IMG/VR virus record: IMGVR_UViG_3300025634_000001
Coordinates: 41,738-105,737 of that record
Source of the DNA: a virus
Length of the DNA: 64,000 bases
Strand: one strand, 5' to 3'
The translations under genes were made by a program, and so were the position numbers. Each line of letters begins with the position of its first letter. Position 1 is the stretch's first letter. This document shows, piece after piece, positions 18,597-28,369 of this stretch. The notes under the pieces are model-generated. The model was not told the origin of the DNA. It searched no databases and saw only the letters and a program-made list of their open reading frames with translations.

Positions 18597-19868
18597 ATGG
18601 TTGCTCCCAACCCGCCGACCGCCGTATACCCCGTCTGCACGCAGCTGCTGCAGATCGGACTGGAGCAGGGCGGCTTCGGCGTCACCCCGGCTCAGGCCGC
18701 GTTCGCGTCGGTGCCCATCGCCAGCTTCATGCCGGACAACAAGATCATGCCCTGGATCGAGGATTCGTCCATGTGGGGCGACTTCGTGAAGACCCATGAT
18801 CTTCAGGAAGGTCCGCGCTGGGCCGAGTCTGAGATCAAGGAGTCCCCTCTCTACGGGGATACGTTCGGTCACTTTCTGTATAACCTGATGGGTGACCTGG
18901 TAGAGACCGGGACCGCGAGCACCCCGACGTGGATGACCTCCGGCGCGCTGTCGGCGGGCGCGGGCCCGATCCCGGTCACCTCCGGGTCCACCGCCGTCGC
19001 CGGGACCTTCGTCCAGGTCGACACGGGCGTCAACGCCGAGGTCGTGAAGGTCGGCACGGGCTCCTCGGCAACGAGCATCGTGCTGGACGCCACGACGCCG
19101 CTCCGGTTCTCCCACCTGACCACCATCGCGGTCGTCACGGTCATCGCACCGTACAGTCACGTGCTTTCCCTGCTCAATCCCTACGGCAGCACCGGGAACG
19201 TCACCGGCCAGGGCCCGACCCACTCCCTCATCCACCGCACGGGCATCCCCGGCTCGGGCAACAACTACTCGTGGCAGTTCGCGTACGGCTGCATGAGCGA
19301 GATCATGATCTCCGGCAAGGCGACCGGCGCTCTGACGTGGAGCGGGAAGGTCACCACGTACATCAAGACCTATCCGAGCTTCGTTCCCACTCCCAGCTTC
19401 TCGTCCGTGCGGATGATCCCCGCATGGAACAGCACGACCACGGTAGCCAGCGCGGCCGTGAACGACATCACCGAGTGGTCCGTCACGCTGACCAGGGACC
19501 TCGACGTGATCCCGACCGCGGACGGATTCCAGCAGCCGTACCTGATCGGCCGCGGCAACCTGTCCGCCCCGTTCAAGCTCAAGTACTCGCCGGCGCTGGA
19601 CGAATCGCCCTTGACGGCGATGCTGTCCAACACCCAGCCGACACTGGCGTGGTCGATCTCCAACGGGCTCAGCGGGTCAAGCCTCGTGTCCTTCGCGCTC
19701 GCCGCGAACCAGGCCGCCTACAAGCAGACGCCGCTGGACAGCGGAAAAACTTTCTGGGGCTGGGACGTGGACGGCGAGTTCATCGCAAACACGACAAACG
19801 CGGGCAATTCGGGCGGTCGCTCTCCGCTTAGCATTACACTACAGAATGCTGTCCCGACCTACGCCTGA
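18597..19868 (+). CDS. major tail (tube) protein with inserted beta domain
   Basis: LQIGLEQ..FG.TP N-terminus, ITLQNAVPTY C-terminus, position before chaperone and tape measure. Confidence 0.8.
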   Translation: MVAPNPPTAVYPVCTQLLQIGLEQGGFGVTPAQAAFASVPIASFMPDNKIMPWIEDSSMWGDFVKTHDLQEGPRWAESEIKESPLYGDTFGHFLYNLMGDLVETGTASTPTWMTSGALSAGAGPIPVTSGSTAVAGTFVQVDTGVNAEVVKVGTGSSATSIVLDATTPLRFSHLTTIAVVTVIAPYSHVLSLLNPYGSTGNVTGQGPTHSLIHRTGIPGSGNNYSWQFAYGCMSEIMISGKATGALTWSGKVTTYIKTYPSFVPTPSFSSVRMIPAWNSTTTVASAAVNDITEWSVTLTRDLDVIPTADGFQQPYLIGRGNLSAPFKLKYSPALDESPLTAMLSNTQPTLAWSISNGLSGSSLVSFALAANQAAYKQTPLDSGKTFWGWDVDGEFIANTTNAGNSGGRSPLSITLQNAVPTYA

Positions 19869-19870
19869 CC

Positions 19871-21115
19871 TCAGAACAGCGACTCCGTCTCCACCTGCTC
19901 CCGGCCCTGCGCTGAGTGCTGCCGGGCTGCGAGCAGGCTAGCGAGCCGATCCACCTCGGCGGCGAGGCCTCCTATCGTCGCGTCACGGTCAGCTAGATCG
20001 CGGGTGAGCGCGGCTATCTTCCGCTGGTTCTCGTTCTGCTCGCGCTTGGTCGCCCATCGGCAGTTGGGTGGCCAGCCGTTCCGCTCGCACTCCTCGCAGC
20101 GACCGCAGAGGTAGCCCTTGTCATTGTCCCGCCGGTCGACACTGTGGGACCGGCTAGGCCGCGGACCCAAGTCCGCAGCGAAGGCCAGCAGCCCGTCCGG
20201 GATGCCGCGATACCCCTGGCAGACCGTGATCTCACGGGGGTCGCCGCCGTACTTCGGCCATGCAGCGTTGTTCGGGTCGGTGCACCGGCCGATGATCCCG
20301 CGCCAGATGCCGTAGAGCGGGTGCCTGCTGAGGCCGTGGGTGAACTTCCCCTTCCCGCATCCGCACGACCTGACCTTGCCGTCCCTGACCATCCCGGCCA
20401 TCTTCGTCGTCACTCTGCCGCACTCGCAGCGGACCGTGACGAGGTCGCAGTACAGGTAGCCGGCTTCCAGAACCTCCAGTTTCCCGAAGCTGTCGCCCGG
20501 ATTCACGATGGCGGTCTTCCGGTTCTCGCGCGGTCCGCTAAGGCATGAGCAAGAACGGCTGGTGCCTATCTGGAGCGACTTGGCGCGGACGCGCCTAACC
20601 CTCCCGCAGTCACATCGGCAGAGAACGCTGCCGTCGCCTCCCTTGTAATCCTCTAGCGTCATCCACAGTCCGAAGAACTCGCCGGCACTGATGACGATCG
20701 GGTGATACTTCGGGCCGATCGGGCCGAGTTCGCCGGTGGTCTTGAGCCTGACTGCGTGCATGTTGCACAAGCCGCCGGTACGGCTGGGCACCGGGCAGCC
20801 ATCGGGGTGACTGCACGTGCCGCCCTTGGGCTGCACACCCCGCGCCCGCCGCGCTCTGGTCGCTCGCTCACGCAGGCACGCGTTGGTTTTCTTGCAGAGC
20901 CCCGTGGTGTTGTCGCGCCGCAGGGGGCTACCGCAGACCTGGCAGTGACCTGTCGCCGGCCCGAACCTGCGGTCAAGTGCGTCGCGGGCGCGGGCCGCCT
21001 TGCATGCGGGACTATTCCGGCTGTCGCAGATGCCCGACTTATTGTCATGGCGCAGATGTTTGCCGCAGACCTTGCAGCTCCGGGGTGCCGGAAGGAGCTC
21101 GGGGACGGCCATCAC
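19871..21115 (-). CDS. free-standing HNH-type homing endonuclease with multiple Zn-binding repeats
   Basis: HGLSRHPLY.IW..I..RC, YGG..ITVC, DLGPRPS..HSVDRRDNDKGY..NCRWAT; CRCDCG repeats. Confidence 0.9.
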   Translation of the reverse strand: MMAVPELLPAPRSCKVCGKHLRHDNKSGICDSRNSPACKAARARDALDRRFGPATGHCQVCGSPLRRDNTTGLCKKTNACLRERATRARRARGVQPKGGTCSHPDGCPVPSRTGGLCNMHAVRLKTTGELGPIGPKYHPIVISAGEFFGLWMTLEDYKGGDGSVLCRCDCGRVRRVRAKSLQIGTSRSCSCLSGPRENRKTAIVNPGDSFGKLEVLEAGYLYCDLVTVRCECGRVTTKMAGMVRDGKVRSCGCGKGKFTHGLSRHPLYGIWRGIIGRCTDPNNAAWPKYGGDPREITVCQGYRGIPDGLLAFAADLGPRPSRSHSVDRRDNDKGYLCGRCEECERNGWPPNCRWATKREQNENQRKIAALTRDLADRDATIGGLAAEVDRLASLLAARQHSAQGREQVETESLF

Positions 21116-21456
21116 GCCTCTCCGTCCTCAAGGTCGAGCATCGCCTGCAGGATGACTGCCTCGGCCTGCAGTTCCGCGCACTCGGCGAGCAGTTCTTCCG
21201 TCTGGGCTTTTATGGCGGCGGTCCGCCCCTCATCGACTTCGCCCGTGAGCACCATCTCCCGGTAGTCGTCCTCGGCCTCGTCAAGGATGAGCTGGGAGTA
21301 GCCGACGTCCAGGCCGATGTGGCAGGACTCCTCCAGGAGATCCATTGCGGACAGCACACGGGCCCGAGCCTGCTGGACTGAAACGGGCGCCTTCATGATC
21401 CGGCCGGACGGATGGCCGGCGGGGTAGCTCTCGCCGAGGTCTGTACGATTAGTCAT
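21112..21456 (-). CDS. acidic helical hypothetical protein coupled to the HNH gene
   Basis: GAGGAAGG RBS; stop overlaps the HNH start. Confidence 0.6.
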   Translation of the reverse strand: MTNRTDLGESYPAGHPSGRIMKAPVSVQQARARVLSAMDLLEESCHIGLDVGYSQLILDEAEDDYREMVLTGEVDEGRTAAIKAQTEELLAECAELQAEAVILQAMLDLEDGEA

Positions 21457-21553
21457 AGCTGGGCCTTCCTCTGCTAAGGGTTGAGGTCGAGCACGCGAGG
21501 CGATGGGGTGCAATCCTGTCGCCTCGCTTTTTAATGCCTTCACATTCTACCGC
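21457..21553 (-). promoter_or_regulatory. endonuclease cassette leader 1 (TAGAAT -10, hairpin, RBS-occluding hairpin)
   Basis: GCGGTAGAATG..AAAAA-GCGAGGCGA/TCGCCTCGC-..CCCTTAGCAG. Confidence 0.7.
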
Positions 21554-21601
21554 AATTCCCTCCCTTAAATGGCATCGAAACGAACACGGAAGCGAGCATC
21601 A

Positions 21602-22003
21602 ATGACCCGTCACAATGTCCCCGGCGACGGCGGCTGGTTCGAGCTGCGGGACATCAGGGAACTCAACGAGGACCACCAGATTGAGTACCTGGACCTCGCG
21701 GACAAGCTGCGCCAGGACAAGCGCGACGCCACTGCGGCGCGGCCCCCGGAGAACCCCGCCGTGATGCCGGTCCCGGGGGACGAGGCCCCGGTCAGGCTGA
21801 CCCGCGCGGAACTCGCCCCGGTCCGCGAGCTGGTAGAGGGCTGGGTAGTCGCCGATTCCTCGTTCGGGATACCGCTGCCGCACCCGCTGCCCCTCGTTGC
21901 CGGCAACGTCTTCCGCGAGGCCATTGATTTCTACTACGGGGCCCTGAACGGCGAAACCCCAAAAGAGAATCCGGGTTCGGACTCCACCTCTACCAGTACC
22001 TGA
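21602..22003 (+). CDS. tail assembly chaperone (gpG-like)
   Basis: Between tail tube and tape measure; slippery C CCA AAA at 21958-21964. Confidence 0.8.
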   Translation: MTRHNVPGDGGWFELRDIRELNEDHQIEYLDLADKLRQDKRDATAARPPENPAVMPVPGDEAPVRLTRAELAPVRELVEGWVVADSSFGIPLPHPLPLVAGNVFREAIDFYYGALNGETPKENPGSDSTSTST

Positions 22004-22185
22004 ACGGTGACTGCCACTGCTGTCCCCGCCCCGTAGGCGCCGGGACTATCCGTCATTGCGTGTGGATCATCCGGGGCCGGCTGCATCCGCAGACACCCAG
22101 GGACATCCCGCTGCTGGTCGGCAACTACCTGGGGCCGGTCGCTGAGGTGCTGGACGGCATCGATGAGGCCCGGCGCCGGAAGTGA
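21958..22185 (+). CDS. -1 frameshift extension of the chaperone (gpGT-like)
   Basis: -1 frame after CCCAAAA is open for 73 codons (RESGFGLHLYQYLNG...IDEARRRK) to TGA 22183-22185. Confidence 0.8.
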   Translation, partial: PKRESGFGLHLYQYLNGDCHCCPRPVGAGTIRHCVWIIRGRLHPQTPRDIPLLVGNYLGPVAEVLDGIDEARRRK

Positions 22186-22191
22186 GGTCCC

Positions 22192-22608
22192 GTGAATTTC
22201 TCCGAGGCCGCGGCGAGATTCAAGGCCGCCACTGACCGGGCTGAAGCGTCGATGGCCCGTGACTGCGCGGCGGCGGGGGCGCGGGCGTTCCTGCCGATCG
22301 AGCGGTCCATGACGCCGGTCCTGTCCGGGCGCCTGCGGGAGTCCGAGGCGGTCAAGGCGGTGACGGGCGGCGGGACGTACGCGGAGGCGGTCGTGTCCCC
22401 GAACATCATCTACGCGCGGTTCCGGAACTTCGGCGGGACGATCACGGCGAAGCGTTTCCCGCAGCTCGGCAACCCGACGGTGGGGTTCTTCGGCAAGTCC
22501 GTGACGCAGGCCGGGAGTCACTACGTGGAGCGGGCGGATGCGGCTGCACGGGGTCCCGTGCAGGTCGCTATCCAGATGCGGGCCGACACGTTCTTCGAGG
22601 GCCTGTAA
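22192..22608 (+). CDS. HK97 gp10-like tail component
   Basis: TPVLSGRLRES..YARF.NFGG motif. Confidence 0.75.
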   Translation: MNFSEAAARFKAATDRAEASMARDCAAAGARAFLPIERSMTPVLSGRLRESEAVKAVTGGGTYAEAVVSPNIIYARFRNFGGTITAKRFPQLGNPTVGFFGKSVTQAGSHYVERADAAARGPVQVAIQMRADTFFEGL

Positions 22609-22609
22609 T

Positions 22610-22770
22610 CCCTCGCGTCCTTGCGTTGCCTGCTGGTCTAGCCATGCCTTCACGGCGTCTGAGATGACGCGGCGGACGGGCTGGCCGGTGGCGCGGGCGT
22701 AGTCCTCAAGCCGCTGCCGCTCAGCCCCTAGGCGCAGGCTGAGCGGCTTCTCCCTGTGGCGGTCGGTCAT
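22610..22770 (-). CDS. ribbon-helix-helix regulator (end uncertain; frame runs on to 21934)
   Basis: KPLSLRL...RLEDYARATGQPVRRVISDAVKAWL. Confidence 0.6.
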
Positions 22771-22967
22771 CGGGTGGTCTCGGCCTGCGCGGCGCGGTAA
22801 GCGGTGCCTGCGGCGTCCTGGACATCGCCGTAGCGAGCCCACGCCGCACGGCGTGCGTCCTTGTCGGTTCCGGCAGCGGCCAACTCGGCCCCCAGTACCT
22901 CGCCAGCCGCGCTGACGGTCTTCTCGAATGCGGTGTCCCTGGCGTCTCTGGCGGTGTCGGCGGTCAT
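22767..22967 (-). CDS. small Ala-rich hypothetical protein
   Basis: GAGGGAG RBS; ATGA overlap with the RHH gene. Confidence 0.6.
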   Translation of the reverse strand: MTADTARDARDTAFEKTVSAAGEVLGAELAAAGTDKDARRAAWARYGDVQDAAGTAYRAAQAETTR

Positions 22968-22985
22968 TTCGTGCTCCCTCTCTAG

Positions 22986-23026
22986 GTGGTAGCTCCACTC
23001 TAGGGCATGTGGCGCTACCACGTCAA
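22986..23026 (-). promoter_or_regulatory. promoter with two inverted GTGGTAGC(G/T)CCAC operators
   Basis: TTGACG-18-TAGAGT; operator copies lie in the spacer and over the predicted start region. Confidence 0.75.
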
Positions 23027-23063
23027 GGCTCTCACTGACTTCTGACCTGCCGGGGGTGATCCG

Positions 23064-26000
23064 GTGGGCGACATCAACGAGACGATTTCCGTCAACGCGG
23101 GGCCCGGTATCGCAGGGCTCAAGGAGTTCACGGACGCGCTCGATCAGGCGTCGGCGAAGTGGGCGGCGTTCGAGGACAAGCTCAACGGCGGCGGCGGTGG
23201 CGCCGGCCCGGCGAAGCTCGCCGCGAGCATGGACGCCGCTGCGGCTTCGATCTCCGAGGCTGCGGCGAAGATCAACGCGGCGGTGGATAAGGTCGGCGCG
23301 TCCGCTGATACGGCGGCCGGGGGGATCGAGCGGCTCGGCTCGGCTGCGGGGACCGCTGGCGGCGGCCTGGATGAGGCCGCTGCGGGGGCTGATGCTGCCG
23401 CTGCGGCGTCGGATCGCCTCGCGGAGGCCGCGGATGCGGCGGGGGCGTCCCTGGACGTTCAGGCGGCTTCAGCGGCCCGGGCGGGGAAGTCCGGTGCTGA
23501 GGCGGCTGCGTCGTCGGAGGGGTTCGGGAAGGTCGCGAAGGTCGCCCTCCTCGGCCTCGGTGTCGCGGCTGCGTACGGCCTTGACAAGGCGATGAAGTTC
23601 CAGTCGCAGATGCTGCTGCTGAACACCCAGGCGGGCGTGTCCCTGCCGAAGGTGAAGCAGATGTCCCAGGGCGTCCTGGAGATCTCCACCCAGACCGGCC
23701 AGTCCCTCTCCGACGTGTCCGAGTCCGCCTACCATGTCGCGTCGAACATGGCGTCGATGGGGTCGACGGTCCCGAACATGCTGAAGGCGACGAAGATCGC
23801 CGCTGAGGGCGCCTCTGTCGGCCACGCCCACATGGTCGATGTCACCAACGCGCTGACCGCCTCCATCGCATCCGGGATCCCGGGGGTCAAGAACTACTCC
23901 CAGGCGATGGGCATGCTCAACGCCACGGTGGGTTCCGGCGACATGAACATGCAGGACCTGTCGGAGGCGTTCGGGACCGGCATGGTCGCGTCGGTGAAGG
24001 GCTACGGCCTGTCGCTGAAGGACGTCGGCGCCGGGCTCGCGGTGTTCGGTGACAACAACATCCGGGGTGCCAAGGCGGGCACGGACATGCGGATGGCGGT
24101 CCAGTCCCTCGCCGTCCCCGCGGCCAGCGCGAAGAAGGAGCTCGCGGGGCTCGGGCTGACCCAGAACTCGCTGGCGAAAGACATGCAGTCCGGGGGGCTG
24201 CTGAAGGCCCTGGATGACCTGAACGGGAAGTTCAAAGAGCACGGGATCACCGCGAAGAACGAGGGCCAGGTCATCACTGACCTGTTCGGCAAGAAGGCCG
24301 GGGTGGGCCTGTCGCTGCTGATGGAGCAGATGGACCGGCTCAAGTCGAAGTACCCGGCGATCACCGCGGGCGCGAACAGTTTCAATGCGGCGTGGGAGAA
24401 GACGCAGCAGTCCCCGGCGCAGAAGTGGAAGGAAGCCGTCGCCGGCTTGCAGGCGTCCGCGACGGGGTTCGGTACTCAGCTGCTCCCCGCGTTCAGTTCC
24501 GCGCTGGGGTTCGCGGACAAGATCCTCGCCGACATCAACGGGACCAAAGGCGCCGCCCAGGGGCTCGCCGTCGCGTTCGGCGGAGCCGCTGCGCTGTTCA
24601 CCGGCAAGAAGCTGGTCTCCGGGGTCGAGTCGGCGTTCAAGACCGGCGAGACGGTCTTGCGCGGGGTCGGGAAGATCTCCGAGGTGCTGAAGATCCCCGG
24701 CCTGGACAAGCTCAGCAATATCGGCAAGAGCGCCGGCCTGGATACGGCGGCGGAGTCCTTGACTGGGGCCGCGGGGGATCTCAGCGCCGCGGCGGCGAAG
24801 CTGTCAGAGGGCGGCCTCGGGGGCGCTGCAGGTGCGGCAGGAAAAGCCGAAGGCGGCGCTGCGGCGACGGCGGAAGGCGCGGGCGCCGGCGGCCTGCTCG
24901 CGAAGATAGGCAGCAGGACCGGCATGGATGCCGGAGGCCTGGCCTCCGCCGCCAATCCGATCGCGGCGGGCGTCGCGGCGGGCCTGCTGCTGCGCGGCTA
25001 CAGCGATTCGCTGGCACCGAAGGGCACCGGGGCCGGGGATATCAGCAAGGCCATCCAGAAGGGTAACCCGATCAGCCCGGACTGGGCTCTCGGCGGGATC
25101 ATCGGCAAGCTCGGGACATCGAACTTCGGCCTTGACGCCGGCAAATTCCTCAGCCGGGGCCTGTCGCAGGCCAGCCAGATGGTCACGGACCCGTTCGACG
25201 CTGCCCGGCACGGCATCGCCGGCCTGTTCGGCGGCGGCGGCCCGGCGCAGATGCAGCGCACCGGGGGCGGGCGCGGGGACGCGGTGAACTTCGCCGCCGT
25301 CAAGCCCCCGGACACCGGGGCGTTCACCTCGGCTGGACACGCCATCGAGAGCGCCTTCGACGGCGCGAAGGCGCGCGCCGGGTCGGCACTGTCGGGGATC
25401 GCGTCGGAGGTCGGCAGCGCGGGGTCGAAAGCCGCGTCAGAGGCGTCTTCCGCGTTCCACGGCGTCGAGTCGGCGGTGGCGTCGGGGATGTCGTCGGCTG
25501 CGGCGGCGGCCGGGTCCGGCGCGGGCAGGATCGAGTCGGCGCTAGCACGGCTGCCGGGCGAGCTCACGTCGGTCGGCAGTGCGGCGATGGCCGGGCTGGC
25601 TCACGGGATCGAGTCGGGGATCGGCGCTGTCATCGGCGCGGCCGAGCATGCCGCGGGCGCTGTCGAGGGCGCGATGAAAAACGTGCTGAAGATCTTCTCC
25701 CCGTCCAAGGTCACGGAGAAGATCGGCAAGTCCGCAGTCGACGGCCTCGTCGTGGGCCTGGAAGGCGGCCAGGCCGCCGTCACCGCGGCGGCGCAGGCGC
25801 TCGGCCAGCAGACCGCGAAGGCCGCCGACGTGACCGCCATCGACACCGCGATCACCAAGGGGATCGCCGACGCGGGCAAGGACTCGGCGCTGGTGAAGTA
25901 CCTCAAGGCGGACCAGTCGAAGCTGCTGGCCCTGGCGGCGCAGCGGACGAAGCTCGAGGCGGAGATCACCGACGCCCAGCAGATAGCCCAGGCCGCGATC

Positions 26001-26807
26001 AGCGGGGCGTCCATCATGAACGCGTCGGCCGCCACCCCCTACGATCCGTCGACGGTGCAGTCCCCGTACACGCTCGTGCAGGGGCAGCAGATGCAGGCGC
26101 AGCAGGCCGCCATGTTCGCCAAGGCCGTCGGGCAGGACAAGAAGCTCGGCCTCAACGCCACGTCGCTGAACCAGATCGTGCAGTCGGGGGCCTCGGCGGG
26201 CCTGCCGGTGGCGCAGGGGATCGCGCAGGGCGGCAAGTCCACCGTCGCGCAGCTCAACGCGCTGCAGGCCCAGATCCACGCGTCCGCCGCGAAACTCGGC
26301 GACGAGGGCGCGGGGCCGATGTACCAGGCCGGCGTCCAGGCTGGCCAGGGGCTCGCGGAAGGCATCAAGGCGTCACTCGGCTCGGTCGACGCGGCGATCT
26401 CGCAGATGGCCAAGTCGATGGTGGCGACGATCGAGAAGGATCTCAAGATCCACAGCCCGAGCCTGGTGTTCGCGGAGCGGGGCGCGATGGTGCCCGCGGG
26501 CGTGGCGATGGGCGTCGACGCGGGGGCCGGGCAGGCTGCCGCTGCGGTGGGCCGGATGGGCAGCCGGATGACGGGCGCCTACCACCCCGCCATGGCCTAC
26601 GCGGGCGGGTTCGGCGGGGGCCACGGCGGCGGGAGCGGTTCCGGTTCAGGCTCGGGCGGCGGCGACACGCATGTCACCGTGAACATGACGGTCATGGGCA
26701 GTGTCTCGACGCAGAACGACCTGATCAACGCAGTACAGCGCGGACTTTTGAAAAAAGGTTCGAACAACTGGCAAGTTGGCGTTATCAGGCCAGGTCGGGG
26801 CGGGTGA
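23064..26807 (+). CDS. tape measure protein (TP901-type core)
   Basis: 1247 aa, Ala/Gly-rich; G.KAGT.MR, DLFGK motifs; IFSPSK and IHSPS motifs. Confidence 0.95.
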   Translation: MGDINETISVNAGPGIAGLKEFTDALDQASAKWAAFEDKLNGGGGGAGPAKLAASMDAAAASISEAAAKINAAVDKVGASADTAAGGIERLGSAAGTAGGGLDEAAAGADAAAAASDRLAEAADAAGASLDVQAASAARAGKSGAEAAASSEGFGKVAKVALLGLGVAAAYGLDKAMKFQSQMLLLNTQAGVSLPKVKQMSQGVLEISTQTGQSLSDVSESAYHVASNMASMGSTVPNMLKATKIAAEGASVGHAHMVDVTNALTASIASGIPGVKNYSQAMGMLNATVGSGDMNMQDLSEAFGTGMVASVKGYGLSLKDVGAGLAVFGDNNIRGAKAGTDMRMAVQSLAVPAASAKKELAGLGLTQNSLAKDMQSGGLLKALDDLNGKFKEHGITAKNEGQVITDLFGKKAGVGLSLLMEQMDRLKSKYPAITAGANSFNAAWEKTQQSPAQKWKEAVAGLQASATGFGTQLLPAFSSALGFADKILADINGTKGAAQGLAVAFGGAAALFTGKKLVSGVESAFKTGETVLRGVGKISEVLKIPGLDKLSNIGKSAGLDTAAESLTGAAGDLSAAAAKLSEGGLGGAAGAAGKAEGGAAATAEGAGAGGLLAKIGSRTGMDAGGLASAANPIAAGVAAGLLLRGYSDSLAPKGTGAGDISKAIQKGNPISPDWALGGIIGKLGTSNFGLDAGKFLSRGLSQASQMVTDPFDAARHGIAGLFGGGGPAQMQRTGGGRGDAVNFAAVKPPDTGAFTSAGHAIESAFDGAKARAGSALSGIASEVGSAGSKAASEASSAFHGVESAVASGMSSAAAAAGSGAGRIESALARLPGELTSVGSAAMAGLAHGIESGIGAVIGAAEHAAGAVEGAMKNVLKIFSPSKVTEKIGKSAVDGLVVGLEGGQAAVTAAAQALGQQTAKAADVTAIDTAITKGIADAGKDSALVKYLKADQSKLLALAAQRTKLEAEITDAQQIAQAAISGASIMNASAATPYDPSTVQSPYTLVQGQQMQAQQAAMFAKAVGQDKKLGLNATSLNQIVQSGASAGLPVAQGIAQGGKSTVAQLNALQAQIHASAAKLGDEGAGPMYQAGVQAGQGLAEGIKASLGSVDAAISQMAKSMVATIEKDLKIHSPSLVFAERGAMVPAGVAMGVDAGAGQAAAAVGRMGSRMTGAYHPAMAYAGGFGGGHGGGSGSGSGSGGGDTHVTVNMTVMGSVSTQNDLINAVQRGLLKKGSNNWQVGVIRPGRGG

Positions 26808-26823
26808 CCGGGCTTCCGTCCGG

Positions 26824-27591
26824 CTAGAACAGCACGCCCGCCAGCTCGCATTCGCGGGCGGCTTCACGCTCCCGCATTGCCGGCGACATTCTCGCGTGCA
26901 TCCTGCATGCGGCGTTGCAGTAGAGCTTGCCCTGCCGCCTTGTCTCGAAGGTGCTTCCGCAGTCGGCGCAGACGTGCACCTGCTCGGCACCTATCTGCTC
27001 GGCGCGCACCCTCTCTAGCGCCTCCTGATAGGTGATGCCCTCGCGGCGCGCAAGACAGACCGCGTTCGCCCGGTCTAGGTGGCACGCTCGGCAATCGCGC
27101 CCCCGTCCGTTTTCGCGCACGATCGTGTTCTCGGGCGTGAACTCGTGGCCGTGAATGCAATGCGTCTGGCTCGACATCACCTGCAACATCGTGCCGTGGC
27201 GAATACCGTCCGCGACATTCTCTTTCCGCGTCCCGTAGAACAGGTTGCCGCCGGCCGCCCTGGCCTCGTCCTCGTCGCCGGGTGCCCAGCGGTTGTTCGC
27301 CGGGTTACCGTCGAGGTGACGGACCTCCTGGCCGGGCGGGCACGGGCCGATAAACGCCCTGGCCACAAGCTGGTGGATCCAGTAGCTGCGCCCGTTCTCT
27401 ACCAGCCCGTACAGGCTGACCTCAACGTGTCCGCTCACCTTGTGGACCTGCGGCTTCAGGATGCAGCCGCGCACCTGCCGCCCTGAGGCGGTCGTGCGCG
27501 GAAGGCTCCGGACGCGACCGAGGTCTGAAATCTCATAGCTGCCCTCATAGTCATCTACGGGCAGCCAGTTCTCGGGCATAGCATCGTTCAC
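26824..27591 (-). CDS. NUMOD4-HNH homing endonuclease
   Basis: ENWLPV..YEG.YEISDLGRVRS (NUMOD4); HQLVARAFIG..VRHLDGNPANN; THCIHGHEFTPENT. Confidence 0.92.
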   Translation of the reverse strand: MNDAMPENWLPVDDYEGSYEISDLGRVRSLPRTTASGRQVRGCILKPQVHKVSGHVEVSLYGLVENGRSYWIHQLVARAFIGPCPPGQEVRHLDGNPANNRWAPGDEDEARAAGGNLFYGTRKENVADGIRHGTMLQVMSSQTHCIHGHEFTPENTIVRENGRGRDCRACHLDRANAVCLARREGITYQEALERVRAEQIGAEQVHVCADCGSTFETRRQGKLYCNAACRMHARMSPAMREREAARECELAGVLF

Positions 27592-27683
27592 GTCGGACCT
27601 CCTGCTAAGGGGTAAAGGTTCGGCCACGCCCCCGGACGATTCACAGTCGTCGCGGGGGTCTTTTCGTACAGCCATTCTACCGC
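27592..27683 (-). promoter_or_regulatory. endonuclease cassette leader 2
   Basis: GCGGTAGAATG..AAAA-CCCCCGCGACGA/TCGTCCGGGGG-..CCCTTAGCAGGAGG. Confidence 0.7.
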
Positions 27684-27712
27684 CAACACAGTCTTGCGAA
27701 CGGAGTTTGGCT

Positions 27713-28312
27713 ATGCCTTTTAGCACTTCTGCGGCCGACTATCAATTGACCCAGTGGGCCACCAACGAGGCCCTGTACACGTCGCTCCACACCGCTTACA
27801 GCGCCAGCGGCGCCAACGAGCTGACCGGCGGTTCCTACGCCCGCGTGGCGATCACGTGGGGCAGCGCTTCGAGCAACGCCATTTCCCTCTCCGGCACCCC
27901 GTACACGCTGAATGTCCCCGCGAGCACGACGGTGGCGTTCGTAGGCTTCTGGACGGCATCCTCTGGCGGGACGTTCCAGGGGATGACCCCGCTCGGCGGC
28001 GCGACCGGGTACGGGTTCAGCGCCCCGTCGTCCACGGGCGTCCTGCTGGCGCCGGGCACGTCGTACTCCAACGGGAACACGGTGTGCGTGTTCGCCCCGG
28101 CGGGGACCACCTTGCCGACCGGATTGACCGCGGGCACCATCTACTTTGTGGTGAGCGCTTCGAGCGACACCTTCAAGCTCAGCGCCACGCTAGGCGGGTC
28201 GGCTATCTCGCTGTCCGCTGACGGGTCGGGGCTCGTGCAGGCCATCACTACAGAGGCCTTCAGCGGAGCCGGCACGTACCAGGTGACCGCCGCAACTCTT
28301 AACCTAGCGTAG
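27713..28312 (+). CDS. minor tail protein
   Basis: YTSLHTA..GANELTGGSYARVAITW..GFWTASSGGTF motif. Confidence 0.75.
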   Translation: MPFSTSAADYQLTQWATNEALYTSLHTAYSASGANELTGGSYARVAITWGSASSNAISLSGTPYTLNVPASTTVAFVGFWTASSGGTFQGMTPLGGATGYGFSAPSSTGVLLAPGTSYSNGNTVCVFAPAGTTLPTGLTAGTIYFVVSASSDTFKLSATLGGSAISLSADGSGLVQAITTEAFSGAGTYQVTAATLNLA

Positions 28313-28369
28313 CCAATCCATCTCTTAAAGTAAGCATACCCCTTCTGGCGGCCGGGAGGGGCGTGCCCC

